A stretch of 64,000 bases of DNA from Styela clava (GCF_964204865.1 NC_135261.1:12648001-12712000); one strand, 5' to 3'; counted from the first letter of the stretch, positions 21,831 to 42,630 are shown. Notes: generated by a model from the sequence alone, not told the origin. A program made the numbers and translations.

Positions 21831-22182
21831 GACTATAACTGACATGACATGTATATAGTAAAGACAACGCATAACTAAGTCCATGCGAAAAGAGCCCCAT
21901 CATCAATCTTTCGTAACTTTAACACCATTGATATGAAAACAAAATCACAAAATATTTCATTTATCATTATGATATGTATAATTTATTTTATTCAGCTTTG
22001 TAAGTTGACTTCAAAGTCACCATTTAAATTATAAACATATTATCACACTGAGATTTCCCACTTTGGCCATTCATCAGTTCTTTATTCCATACTCTGAAAA
22101 ACAAAAGCATACGTTGGGATTAACAAAGTGTAAAGGTATTTGAAATTAATTGATTGTTATTTAAATTTCAACTTACTTTGCT

Positions 22183-30555
<8,373 letters not shown>

Positions 30556-30805
30556 TTTCAACAATGTTTGTTAAAGTTACTTGAAAAGCTTCAGATTCCT
30601 GAAATAAAGTATATTATCACCAATGTTGAGTATTTAAAATCTTGAATCCGAAATCGTGTTTTCTTTTCGTTCTCAATGATTCAAACTATAAATCAAAGCT
30701 TCACTGCTGGCTAAGAAGTTCATTAACTCGTTAAAGATATGCAACATATACTTACCGATACACAGAGCAAAGGAAACTGATAGACGAAATGCTTCCAGCG
30801 GAGGC

Positions 30806-30856
30806 TTTATAGTCCCTTTTTCGCTGTGAAGTACAAAGGTGTGAATGTATCAGCTG
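30806..30856 (-). promoter_or_regulatory. Core promoter of MHC copy 3: E-box, T-box site and TATA, followed by a short non-coding exon 1 and a 5'UTR intron (30755-30599)
   Basis: CAGCTG at 30851-30856, AGGTGTGAA at 30837-30845 and TATAAA on the minus strand at 30811-30806. The donor TCG|GTAAGT and acceptor AG|GAATCTGAAGC are conserved in copies 3, 4 and 5. Confidence 0.7.
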
Positions 30857-31247
30857 TCGTCTCATGAAGAAGTATACTGCTTACAGTGGCCGCCTGTTCT
30901 ACTTTGCGAAGCATTTAGCAGTCTGCTTCAACTTCAAGAAATCATTTTTCCATTCGTTCGCGCGCATGAGTATTTATTTATCGATTGATCTTTGGGTCAT
31001 GTTGTGGAGGTTGTCATTTCCGAATACACGGAGAACTCGTTGAAATATATTCCAATAATTTTGGTGACGCTTATTTCTGTTGGTCCCAATTCACAAATTG
31101 TAAGCTCTATATTTCGAATTAACCAGCATTATGATTTTACCTGTGTGTGGTCAGGCAGCATATCATATTTCTCTACACACACACACACACAACATCGCCA
31201 TCATATTATTACGACGCAATCATTTTGATTTGGTCTACCTCTTGCAG

Positions 31248-32780
31248 CAGGGCTGCCACTCTAAATGTTTTATATCTAGATCTAGATGTTTTTTAAGATC
31301 TAGATGTAAAACTTGGAGCCTAGATGTTAGCTATAAAATCTAGATATATTTTTTTCAAGGTTCTAAATATTATTCAGTGGGAAATAAATAAAGAGATGTG
31401 TATAATACTGTAATAGGTGAATGAATATTATTTCATTATTTAGAAGTATTGATGTAAGATTGATAAAACAGTATATATTTACGATAAAACTCATTCATAT
31501 TGTATTCGCCCACCGGTACCATACAGCCAGATGTACTTAAAATATTTGAATAACGAATTAAACATGTTTAAACCATGTGACATTTTAATTAACGTTAAGT
31601 AGAAAGGACGACGTTGGTCCGATGATATTGTTGCCAAGGAGTTTTAAATTTATTAGATTATTCAAGTCTATAAGTCAGTGGTTCTCAACCGGGGGTCCGC
31701 CGACCCCCGGTGGTCCGCGATTAAATTAAGATTTTAGGAAATTATTTGCAGTTATCGTTTTTTTGTAATACGCTCGAACATTTGCTGCCTATGACAATGT
31801 GACAATAGCCTACAAAAACTATTTTGATTTATCTCTCGTAGACCTATTGCGACAAATACAAGTCATGACAGCACAATGATAAATACGAGAACGCAGCTAC
31901 AGTGATCACTTTCTTCGTTTTGGTGCGCCATTTTGCCGTCCTACCCATTAGTATCGATGGAAGCATTACGTGTTATTGTTCCATTCGCCTCCCCTTACCT
32001 TTGTGAAAGTGGATTTTTTGCTCTCGTTCATATCAAATTCAAGGCTCGTCACCAACCAAACGTCGGAGACGATTACGTGTTATTGTTCCATTCGCCTCCA
32101 TATGCGTTTGTGAAAGTGTATTTTCTGCTCTTGTTCATATCAAATCCAAGGCTCGTCACCAACTAAACGTCGAAGGCGATATGCGTCTATCGTTATCAAA
32201 AACACGACCACGTATTTCAAGACTTGCTTCTGATATGCAATAGCAGAAATTCCATTGAGTGTATTCGATTTGACAAAATAAATGGAAATATCCACTAGAT
32301 TGGTGTTATTTTTGACTTGGTTAAATCTGTATGGAACATTAGGTTGCTGTTTAAGCTATAAACTAAATTTCAAATAAAAAACTTTTAGGGGTCCGCGACC
32401 GCTTTGAGAGCCCCAAAGGGTCCGCAAAGACAAAAAGGTTGAGAAACACTGCTATAAGTGCTATTGAATGTGTCTCTCTTTAAACATCAACTTTTCAAAA
32501 TGCCAAAGTGTAAACACTACCAGCAAAAAATTAGAAAAGATTGGCTTAAGGAATGGTTTGCCCATTCAGATGATAAGAACAAGGTCTTTTGTAAGTTCTG
32601 CAGGTGGGAATTGAATTCTAGGTGATGATGTTAGCTTCTTCGACATCTAATATTACTGTATTGTGGTTGCTTTTCATTAAATTCAATGACTTCATATCTA
32701 GATGTATTTTCTAGATGTTTTATTTTTCAATCTGGATGTTTTTCGAGGTCAATCTAGGTGGTGGTAAAGTGGCAGCCCTG
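31248..32780. mobile_element. Non-autonomous hAT-like element upstream of MHC copy 3, host of a nested element
   Basis: TIRs CAGGGCTGCCACT / AGTGGCAGCCCTG, flanked by (C/T)TTGCAG on both sides. Subterminal TCTAGATG repeats. The paralogous site upstream of copy 4 (~52950) is empty. Confidence 0.8.
31676..32451 (+). mobile_element. hAT Charlie/Buster-like deletion derivative with a transposase dimerisation-domain remnant
   Basis: TIRs CAGTGGTTCTCAACC / GGTTGAGAAACACTG and a perfect 8-bp TSD CTATAAGT. ORF 31933-32166 contains YPLVSMEALRVIVPFASPYLCESGF..IKFKAR (hATC-type motif). A ~107-bp internal tandem duplication starts at 31965 and 32072. Confidence 0.88.
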
Positions 32781-34442
32781 TTTGCAGTCGTGACCAGGCA
32801 TTTCGGTTAAAATTTCATGGTATCGTGGTAACTGGTAATGATGTGGTGTTGGCGGCACATTATGACTGTCAATAACCGCAAAAAATGTTTGGATCAGAAA
32901 TATACACCAAGGTAATATATATTTACCGTGTATTCCACATAAATTTCACGGTGGACATAGCACTACTCCGGTTGGTTGAAAAATGAAAGTTATAAGGCGA
33001 ACTGTAGCTCCATATATTTACAAAATTAACTTTAGCCAAACTCTAAATTTTTTAATTGAAAGAAGACCAAGAATTACTGTTAGGAAGTTGGTATCTGGTA
33101 ACGATTATTGAATTGCAGAATCAGTATGGGGGTAAACCCAGGAAATAGTCGCTGTGCAGGAATATAGTTTTGTGTGGTAATTTGTGTATGATTACGCCTG
33201 ATGTTCTTAATTTTGTCTGTTTTCGGCCATGGTTGAATAAAATATATACTGACTTTCAGATGTTGAAACCACTGCTTACCAACCGGAGTTAAAATATCAA
33301 ACCTTGGTGCTCTTGAGTTTGTCAGAATTGAACTTTGCACAATCAAATATACTGTGAATTATGACCATGTTAAAACACACATATGCTCTGAATTAGGCTT
33401 GTTACATAGTAAAAAATCGAAATCACGCTTCACACATCCGCTGCTATGTAGGATAAGTACGAGAAATCCTTTAAATCACAGCAGGTGTAAAAGCTATTCA
33501 TTCGATACGGACCTGGCGCTATAACTAACCAAAAATGAGATAAAAAACCACACGTTTACTCTTGACGAGGCTGAACCACTTACCGTATTTATGCATGGAG
33601 TGTTAATCAGCATATTGTTCCCTAACCATGCCCTGTACAAAAACCACAACGACTACAGCTTGTTTACGATGATTTTCATTAAATAAGATTGGTTAAACTA
33701 ATCTCACACTGTTAGAATCTTTTGCGTCGACGAAATGTTGCACATGTTTTTTTAGTTATTTCGCCAAGTTAGATTAGCTTCTGGTTCTCATTTATACATT
33801 ACAGTAATAACAGTAATAAGGTGGCCACCTGCCTACAAAATTTATACAGTATGAGGTTTCTTCAAAGTTCTCCAAAGAACTTTAGCTTATTACGAACCAG
33901 TCCTACTTGTTATGATAATAGCTAACGAATGAATCGTTATAGTATAGGGAATTGTTGTGTCTTATAATTTTCTTGTTCGATCCCCGTGTTATTGAACATA
34001 TGTTATGGAATGCAACCCCAATCTGGACTCATTCAGATGTCAATAAGCTCACAATAGGTTGATTGCTAACGTTCGTTTTATTGAAAGATGAACAATCCAA
34101 TCCGAATACAGATATATCGAAATACGCTTACAACCTTAATACGGTTGTATCAGAAGTCAAAATCATAGAAACATGAAAAACACCATATATCCCAGCCCTC
34201 GGCATAGACCTGAAACATACGTCATCAAATTAGTCGATACGAGAAAGGCTTTTATACATACAACGAAGGCTTTGAGCTGTCGTGATAATAAAAATGAACT
34301 ATTTCACAGAATGGGACACTATTAATATGAAGGGGTTAAATAACTGTATAATCCATAGTTACAATCGAGATTCGCTACAGCAGAATTCCCCCGTGACAGT
34401 AAAAAAAAATTAGCTTACTATTTTGACCAAAGTGGTATAGAG

Positions 34443-36395
34443 CAGTGGTTCCCAACCGCCGGTTTATTACGCGATTTCTCTTCCACCGTTATCTTGGCGA
34501 CGACTTTCGTGACATCTTGGCGCCGACTTTTCGCTTTTTCGGATCCGATTCATCGCGAATGCGCTTCATCAAATCTCGCAAGATTCAGAAACCTAAAAAT
34601 CGGCAAGCGTGCTATTTCTGTTCTGCGTGCTTTTCCAGATTAATATGACCATCCATATAAAACGTTGTGCATATTTCTTTGTTTAAAACAGAAAACAGCC
34701 AAGAAGAGTATAATGTTGTTGTTGTTGTTATAAGTTTTATGGCGCTCATAACTTCAGTGGTCTTTTGCGCCATTGATCAATTCAAATTTAAAAATACTAT
34801 ACTAACATATAATACAATATTTACGAATAATAATTATACAATTGAATCAATTACAATAAGTAATTATTTCTAAACATTTCTGCCCGTAGACAAAACAAAT
34901 TCGATAACAGTTTCAATAATGTCCATGTTACTAAGCACTTCTTCCAAAGTCATTTCCAGTTTAAGTTTTCTGGCTTTGCTATTAAATGGGCTCCTTTGAT
35001 GATTATATCGTTGACAATGCAATAGGTAGTGGGCTACGGTCTCGGGTACGAAACACTGTTCACAAAATCCGTCAGAATGACAGCCAATTTTATGTAAATG
35101 TGCATTCAGGGCACAATGACCACTTTGCAGTCGGAATAAAAAAACTTGATATTTACGTGACAAAGTTTCGTTTTCTAGTCGTGACATCATGGTAGGATGA
35201 AATCTTTTATAATGACTTGCTGATTCACTATTAACATATTCCGTATTCCATTTTTCTCGAGCCAATGTATCAAAATATGATTTTGCTTCTGAGACGGAAA
35301 GTGGCAGAATTGCATCAAGGGAAAGTTTGGCGATTGCTCCTTTTGCCAGGTTATCCACTATTTCGTTTCCGGTAATTCCTACGTGAGCTGGTGACCATAG
35401 GAATGTAATTTGAATTCCTTGTTTTGTTAACACCGAGTTTATTATAGCTATTTTCGCAATTAATATTTTTTCGAATGCTGAATAATTAAGAAGAGCTGAA
35501 AAGGCATTGAGACAATCTGTTATCAATACACGTTCCGGTCTTGTTGTTACGATCCATCTGAGACAACCCAGAATTGCGTATGGCTCCGATGTATGTGAAG
35601 AGACAAAACGATGTAATTCCAGTTTTTTCTCTACCTTCGCTTGAGGCACATAATATGCAGCACCCACGCCAAATAGGTTTTTTGAACCGTCAGTGAATAC
35701 TTGTACATAGTCTCGATAGTTTTCGTGTATATGGTCAAGGAATGACGTTTGAAGTACTGTTGGTGAACATGTTGTACCATAAATCGTTAACGACGTATTA
35801 ATTTGCGGTGGCTTCATTATCCAGGGAGTACAGTACAGGAGGACAGTATAATATTCCAGTAAGATATGAACTTGTTGCAACCCTGCAGGTGATCACGAGA
35901 CGCGCAAAAAAAAAACAGTTACCGGTTTCAACCAGTTACTGCGTTATGCGAAAAAAACATTTTTACTAGCTTTACTTAAAATGAAGCAAAAAATCGGCTG
36001 CACGCTGCTGCAGAGCTACGTGTTACAGAAACTTTCTTTGAGGCCTCGTTTGCAATCCTGTATTGGAAACGAAACAGCAACAAAATTCTCATTAGAGTTA
36101 ATTGTGTTTGTGCATGATTTGGCATGTACATATTTTTTATGTGAGATGTTTTATGCGCGCCTCTCTTACGCATAATGGGTGCGCAGTACTGCATTTCATT
36201 ACATAAATATATGGTTTATTATTTTATGTTTCACCCATTTCAATTTTTGTCTAGAAGTGTCTAGAGAGCTCGACATTTCATTATATTACGCAAATATATG
36301 TTACTATTTTCTGTTCTGGTCATTTCAATTTTTGCCGGTCCGCGAGTACATTTAATTTTACCGGTCCGACAGAGTAGAAAGGTTGGGAACCACTG
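34443..36395. mobile_element. Non-autonomous hAT (Charlie-like) element containing a LINE insertion
   Basis: Perfect TIRs CAGTGGTTCCCAACC / GGTTGGGAACCACTG and a perfect 8-bp TSD GTATAGAG (34435-34442 and 36396-36403). Confidence 0.88.
34715..35844 (-). mobile_element. 5'-truncated non-LTR retrotransposon (I/Nimb-like group) 3' end: RNase H plus CCHC zinc knuckle
   Basis: ORF 34870-35880 has RNase H motifs (VFTDGSK, LITDCLNA, LWSPAHVGITGNEIVDNLAK) and RLQSGH...CEQC...HYLLHC. It ends in a (CAA)n tail at 34715-34729 and has the TSD AGTATAAT at 34707-34714 and 35845-35852. Confidence 0.88.
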
Positions 36396-36979
36396 GTATA
36401 GAGATTATTTTGAAGCAAAATATTAAATGAGAACAATCCTGTGAATTGAATAATGATTGAAGTAAGTGAACCTCATGATATCTAAAATCAATACATTGAT
36501 TAACAACGAGCAATTACAAATAAAAGAAATTACTGACACTACAAAAAAAATTTATTTTTGGTTTTACAACTTTTTTTAAATTTTTTTATAGTAAGGTTTG
36601 TCAATGTGATTCAATTGGATAACAATGAGACGAAAAAATAAAATAAAAGACGATTAATAAGACAAGAGAGCTATGCTCAAATATATGGACTCGTAGCGCC
36701 ACATAATTTTGATGACGTCATAGCAAAAAATAGTAATAGCCTTCTGGAGAAAATTCCATCTTTAACCACTGAAAATTTCAAAGCAATTGGTCCAGTAATC
36801 AAAGAGAAAAGCGATTTCTTCAAAACGTGTCAATGAACAAAAACAACAAAACGATCGTTATGTCCACTAAACGTGTCCAACAAGGCGATACATTGCGAGA
36901 TACACTACACTACAACGAGCGTGTGGTAAACCGAGCTGCCTAAAAATGGTTAGGTATACGTTGAAGAGTTTGTTACAAG

Positions 36980-38901
36980 TCAAACATCTGCGTCTAACTG
37001 AGCTTGGGTGCTGGCTTCTAAAAAATTGCTTGCCACCTCGATGGTCTCGTCATCAATTTCGATATCATGCAATTCGTGGACTTCGGGTTGGTCACTGAGA
37101 TGTGCTATAGGTGGTATTGGCAAGTTTAGAACTTGTTGTATAGGTTGGAAAAAACATTCGGGAATGTAAGGCGAACGCACATTGGGCAACTATAGGCCAT
37201 CCTCTGTAACAAAAACACAACAGGTACATTAAAAAAAATAGAGGTACGACAAACAAGACCAGAATGAGCAAAAACCTATGATGAAATTCCAAGTTAGATT
37301 CTTAATTCGCACGAGCCAAACAATTAAATTCGAGCCGACGACATTTTGAATATCGTCTTCAATTGTGCTGATATCGCTCGTTTCTGCAGTTGTCCTTCCA
37401 CTTTTATACTTGTAATTTAGTTCGTTAAGCTCCGAAATTGTAACTAACATATCATTCAGGTTGGTTGTTAAAGTATCTTCTGGGTTTGCTAAAATTTCCT
37501 CGAGAAATGAGTTGTAGTTTTTATAGTAACTGCCATTAATTCTGAAAATTCTCGTCTGTCCACGTGGTGATTCTGTCAGTAAAATTTTATTGAAAACAAC
37601 GTTACTGTAATAAATTTGACCAAGCTGTGTAGATCGGTTTAGTAATTTATATGCCACAATCGGTGGCGTAGAATAGAAATTATTGAAGAAAAGCGTTGGT
37701 AGAATTGTAAAATTTGCGGAAATACAATGTAACGCCATGGGTATGTCACCGTGAGAGATCCCGTGGACTTCACGCCTTAAAATTGCAGATAATATTTGTG
37801 AGGGATATAGTTGTGCAAGTGGCATCATCAGGTGCGCGACTATAGATTCCACACGACATTACAAATCATGAATTCTGTCATATAGTTGAGCGAATAATTC
37901 TGCATCATGATCGCTCGACTGTTGTACAATGGAGACGACTTTGGGAAAACAAAAATTATCGACGTGATGCCAATTGGCGGCCACTCCTTTATGACGTAAT
38001 CTGGCAATGTCGTTGCATTTGCCAACTACGCGTAAAACCAAGTCATCGTACGTACAATAGACTTCGTTGGTTTTAAAGCATGATTTCGTTCGTTGAGCAC
38101 AATCCCTAAGCGTGTGGAAGCTTTGTCTGACTCTCGGTATTTCTAATCTGTATACCATAGATTGCCCGATGAGTTGTAATGTAACAAAAGCTCGGTAGCA
38201 TTGAATTTCGGAGACTCGCGAGCTCTACATAGAGCATTCCATGCACTACTTACTGCATGGATATGAGTACTACAATGATAATTAAATCCATTAATGTTTT
38301 CACAATCGTTGTAAGGGACTGATAGGCTTTTATAGGCTGATGTCAAATCTTACACCGGCATCTTTTCCCGCTTATGATCCATATTATTGGTCTCTGTTCA
38401 AGTACAAATTTATAGCTATCTTGTAAGATGCTAGCATATTTCTAATTTCACTGGTATTGTACTTTGTTTTTGATATTTCTCTAATACCATTGTTGATATT
38501 CAATGTATATTAATCTGTCATTGATGTACTGAATCGATTCATAATACTCTTGATTTCAATGCGGTACATATGTTGGCCAACTCACAATGCTCCTTATTGC
38601 TACGTTACTCCCATTTATTTTATTAAGGGAACTTGTTCTCCTCAGATTATAATTTTTTTTTATATGTTATGTATCCTAATAACTTATGACGATTCCAGCA
38701 CCTTACCTAAACACTCGCAAACACCTCCGACTGGTATTATGCTTTCTTAAAGGCATTCTTACTCTCCTGAGATATATATATGAAAATTTCTATCCAACAA
38801 ACACCGGCGTCACGATCCATTATGAGCAACGCAGTAACAGCAATGAGTAATACTTTGTCCGCCTTGCACTCTTGCTGCTGTTTCCATGGTAACTTGAACA
38901 T
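36980..38901 (-). pseudogene. Decayed viral-type envelope glycoprotein, herpesvirus gB-like (class III fusogen); endogenous viral or retroelement env relic
   Basis: ORFs 37859-38158 and 37229-37852 are one frame broken by a single TAA. The joined sequence has C-x17-P-SQILSAI..GD-x6-C...YS.P.V...GQ...N...TE...IF, then a hydrophobic TM-like segment and an acidic tail, with frameshifts. A Cys-rich fragment lies upstream (38143-38346). A possible signal-peptide-like start is at 38901; this 5' boundary is uncertain. Confidence 0.7.
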
Positions 38902-39514
38902 CGGTGCTAGGAGTCGTTATTTGTTTCTGTGTATCGGGCGCCTCCTGGAAAATCAGGTCGCCTCGATTCTAATTTCTTCCTATATTCTTTTGCTAGTTTT
39001 TCTACTTTTTAGGCTATTATCAATTACTGTTAGGTTTTTTTCACGGGTGTCGCTGCTCGATAACCAGTCTTGGTTTCTCGCGACTCCTATTCACCTCGGC
39101 TTACCAGTTTCGCCTCTTTTTACATACTGTATTGATTAGTGTATGATGCTTCATGTATGGTGGATAAAATAAACTACTGATTACTGATTACAAACTTTTC
39201 AAATAGTCATATTTTTAAAACTGTTACAGCCACAAAAAAACCAAAATATGAAAGTTGTTCAGTTGTTTCATAGCTATCTAATAATCGGATGATTCGTTTT
39301 CTATGGGGCTCGATTAAAAATAATAAATAAATGATAAAAATCAAGATAAATGAAAAAATGCACGTATATTACGTTATGCTGATGATCGTACGTCGTTGCG
39401 TAACTACAACGTGTCGCCGTGTGTGTCGTCGAAATCGCGGCCTCCAGCTGTGCGTCGCAGCCAACGTCATTGGATGTGACGCCAGTACTTATCACAGATG
39501 GGGTATGCCCGTGT

Positions 39515-39957
39515 ATTGAGATTTACACACGGTACATGGGTGTGGTCGATCACATGGAATGAAAACTTATTTGTTCCCTCACAGAGGACTAGAGTGGTAT
39601 TTCCGAATCTTCGATGCCCCTTGATAAGCATTTGCATGGTAAATGCACATATTCTGTATAGTGGAGTCCGGAAAGATGAAAACGATTTGAACGATTTTAT
39701 CCACGATATATGCCTTGACTTGTTAAAACCTCGCTCTGAAACAAGTTTGCCAAGCCCATGCCAACTGTACCTGTAACAGTAAATGCACCAAAAGCCAACC
39801 ACTGGCCAACTCTTCGAAAAAATATCATGATTGCGTGCAATGTTCAGATCGACAATCTCGACGACAAGAAACCAAATATTTTTGCAGGGGTTGTGATGTT
39901 GCTCTTTGCCCCGCAACATGTACAGAGTTATATCACATGAAAATACATAGTCGTTGA
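39515..39957 (+). pseudogene. piggyBac transposase C-terminal remnant
   Basis: Translating across frameshifts gives IEIYTRYMGVVDHME (third catalytic Asp motif, YNxxMGGVD type), then LISICMVNAHILY and HWP. It ends in the Cys-rich domain HDCVQC-SDRQSRRQETKYF-CRGC-DVALCPATC-TELYH. Confidence 0.85.
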
Positions 39958-40844
39958 CAGCACCTTATCATTGTCTACTGTTCCTTTACCTCAATTTCCT
40001 GTTTATTTCCATTCACCCAATCTTTTTTTTTATTTTTGTACGTTTTATATTTCCTAGTGTTTGTGCAATATACAATTGGTCACCGCATCATTGTTGTGTT
40101 TTATATATTTTGAGAGGAGGACCAAAAAATACTTGTTATTTATAATCCATAGTTACAATCCACATTTGCCACAATGGACATATTTATAGGAGGCGAAGAA
40201 AAACATAGTCTACTTTGATAGTTGGACCACCCCGTTTGCATCCAAATATAATATAGCTCACAGTGACGGGATTTTATCATCAGAAGCCAAACGTGACTAT
40301 ACGCGGTATGATTGAAATTTTTCTGGTAAGCGGTAGAGTCATAGATGGACAGGTTCGCCCCGGTCGGTGCTTTTCGGAAGACGCAGAATTTTCGAGTCTA
40401 TGTGCATAACCTACGGCCGTTGATGATGGAATCTTAGGCCAGAAGGTATTGGATTAATATAATAAAAGAATATATGTTTGAGGCTGGCAAAGTTTTCCTG
40501 TTACGGAAAATCGAATCATGTGTCTTTTAATTGCCAGGGTGAATTATATTACCGGTATCATAAGCAGTAAAAGTTGTGAACACTGGATTACTCCATGGTC
40601 GAGACAACGGCATATACCATTATTTGTGTTATATCCTTTCTTGTGCCTCTACCCTCGAGGTCATTTGCATGGGTCACTTTCAAAATTTTTTTTTAATTAA
40701 CTGTTAGGCACTATTCACGCAGGGCTTTTTACAATGCTGGACTACTATTTGGTTAAATAACTTTAAAAACCACTTCTTCAATCACATATTTTTATGCAAC
40801 CTAATATCCAAAAAGTTGTAAAAAACAACCTTGAACGTGATAGT

Positions 40845-40867
40845 TTGTGTGCCTAGTAGAGGGTTAA
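40845..40867 (+). mobile_element. Probable piggyBac right terminus (..AGAGGG|TTAA)
   Basis: Canonical piggyBac GGG-TTAA end about 900 nt downstream of the transposase remnant. The matching left TIR was not found in the window. Confidence 0.5.
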
Positions 40868-41298
40868 AAATTAATTGTAACTAAATAATTTTTATTATGA
40901 CGTTTTTTTTCTCTTATTTTACAACAAAACAACTCCACAACCATTATTGTAGCTGAAAAGTTAACGTGAAATGCACATCTGCATTACAAAATTTACAAAT
41001 TCAACACCACCTCAGTAGACCGTTTTGATGACGTGCACCGTAACTATTGTTGCACTTCTGCATTGCTGCATTGCTTCCTGATGCAACATATATTACTTTT
41101 TTCAACGATAACACGCGTAGCGCGACGTAAACAAGCCAATGTGCGCCATTACAATGAAATGCACGATGAATTTTACGTTTTATTCTTGTTTAGGATTTTA
41201 CCACCTCCCTACCAAACACCACTGGTCGGGTGAAAGTCATATTTTCAAAACACTACATGACCAAGCATGGAACAGATGAATAAAAATACACTCTAGGG

Positions 41299-41340
41299 CA
41301 GGGGTCGGCAAACTTTTGTCGCGGGCCGACATTAAAGGTT
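41299..41340 (+). mobile_element. Left end of a hAT-like element (right end not found)
   Basis: CAGGGGTCGGCAAAC followed by GCGGGCCG subterminal motifs typical of hAT MITEs. Confidence 0.45.
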
Positions 41341-42630
41341 GTAAGTCATTGGCGGGCCGCACATAATTTTAAAAAGTTGAAAATCCAACAAATGATATTT
41401 TTTATAATAAAAATCAAGCAGTGATACATCTCTCGAATAGAATATAGATTTATTCATTTATTTCCTCATTGCATTATATCTCAAAATATTTCATTTTGGA
41501 TATTTTCTTTTTTGTTGTTCTCATTTGTCCAATTAGAATCAAATTAAAGGCTCAATAAACGAGTAAGATTAGATTATGATATAATTGAGGCTACACGTGC
41601 CTCACAATAAATCATGTTACGTAAAGAATATAATTGTCAAAACAGCTGTTTTGTTACTATAATTCGGTGAAGCAATACAAAGTCCATTAAAAGGGAGTAT
41701 CGCTTGCCATTTCTTATCTGGGCATAAGCGGTTTTCACCATCCTTACAATAATGTGACACGTCATTTTCAAATCGATGCCAATTATATAACTCACACTCT
41801 ACGCCATGGCTGAAATATTTTTTTCACTACGGCACAATAAAAAGACAATAAAAAATGAAAGCGTTATTAACACTTTCAGTACCAGATTTTGAAAGCCAAA
41901 AGTACAGAAATCCAAGTAGTGTCGATATACAGTAAAACTATGAAGATTGATGATGCAAAGCGACATTTTTGGCGTCACCTGTTTTCGTCCTACTTTATCG
42001 CAAAATTATCTACAAGCAATCCTTAAAGCATTTATTAATTCATACGACTTGAACTGGGTCTGGGGAAAATCTTAGAATAGGGAATCGAATATTGAAATAT
42101 TCCAAAGGTAATCAACTATTCGGGTATTTAACAACACACGACCTACGCCACTGTATCTCGGAATGCCAATCTCTCGTGGTTGGATAAAACGCATGCCACA
42201 CGTGGACGTTTGGCGAACCCGCAGGAATATACAAAACGCTCTTACGAACAGCCAGAAAATCGATCACTTTTCATGTGATTGAGGGGACCGTAGGCTATGC
42301 CATTTGTGAGGCCCGCCGCTTTACCAATTGCTCCTTGATTCATTATGACGCCTTAATATATTTTCGGGCTTGTGAAAAAAAATTATTATAAGGTCATAAA
42401 TAAATTTAAAATTGCGTGAATACGAAAGCTAATCACTCAAGAGGATTTGATAGTATGTTGGACTCATTCAAAAGTTCAATAGTTCGAAAGTGCATGACAA
42501 GGCGCATGAGTATTTCCAATATATAGATAATGGAAATAGGTGGAAACATAGCTTCTCATCATTACGATGCCGATCGCAGTGATAATCAAGCACGCGGATA
42601 AAAGGATTCAGAGATTAATTAACGGAGTAA

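Noticed and set aside
36900-36978. TGTAACAA right after the gB-like stop as a possible LTR start
   Set aside because: No polypurine tract precedes it and there is no second LTR copy, so an LTR retrotransposon context cannot be supported.
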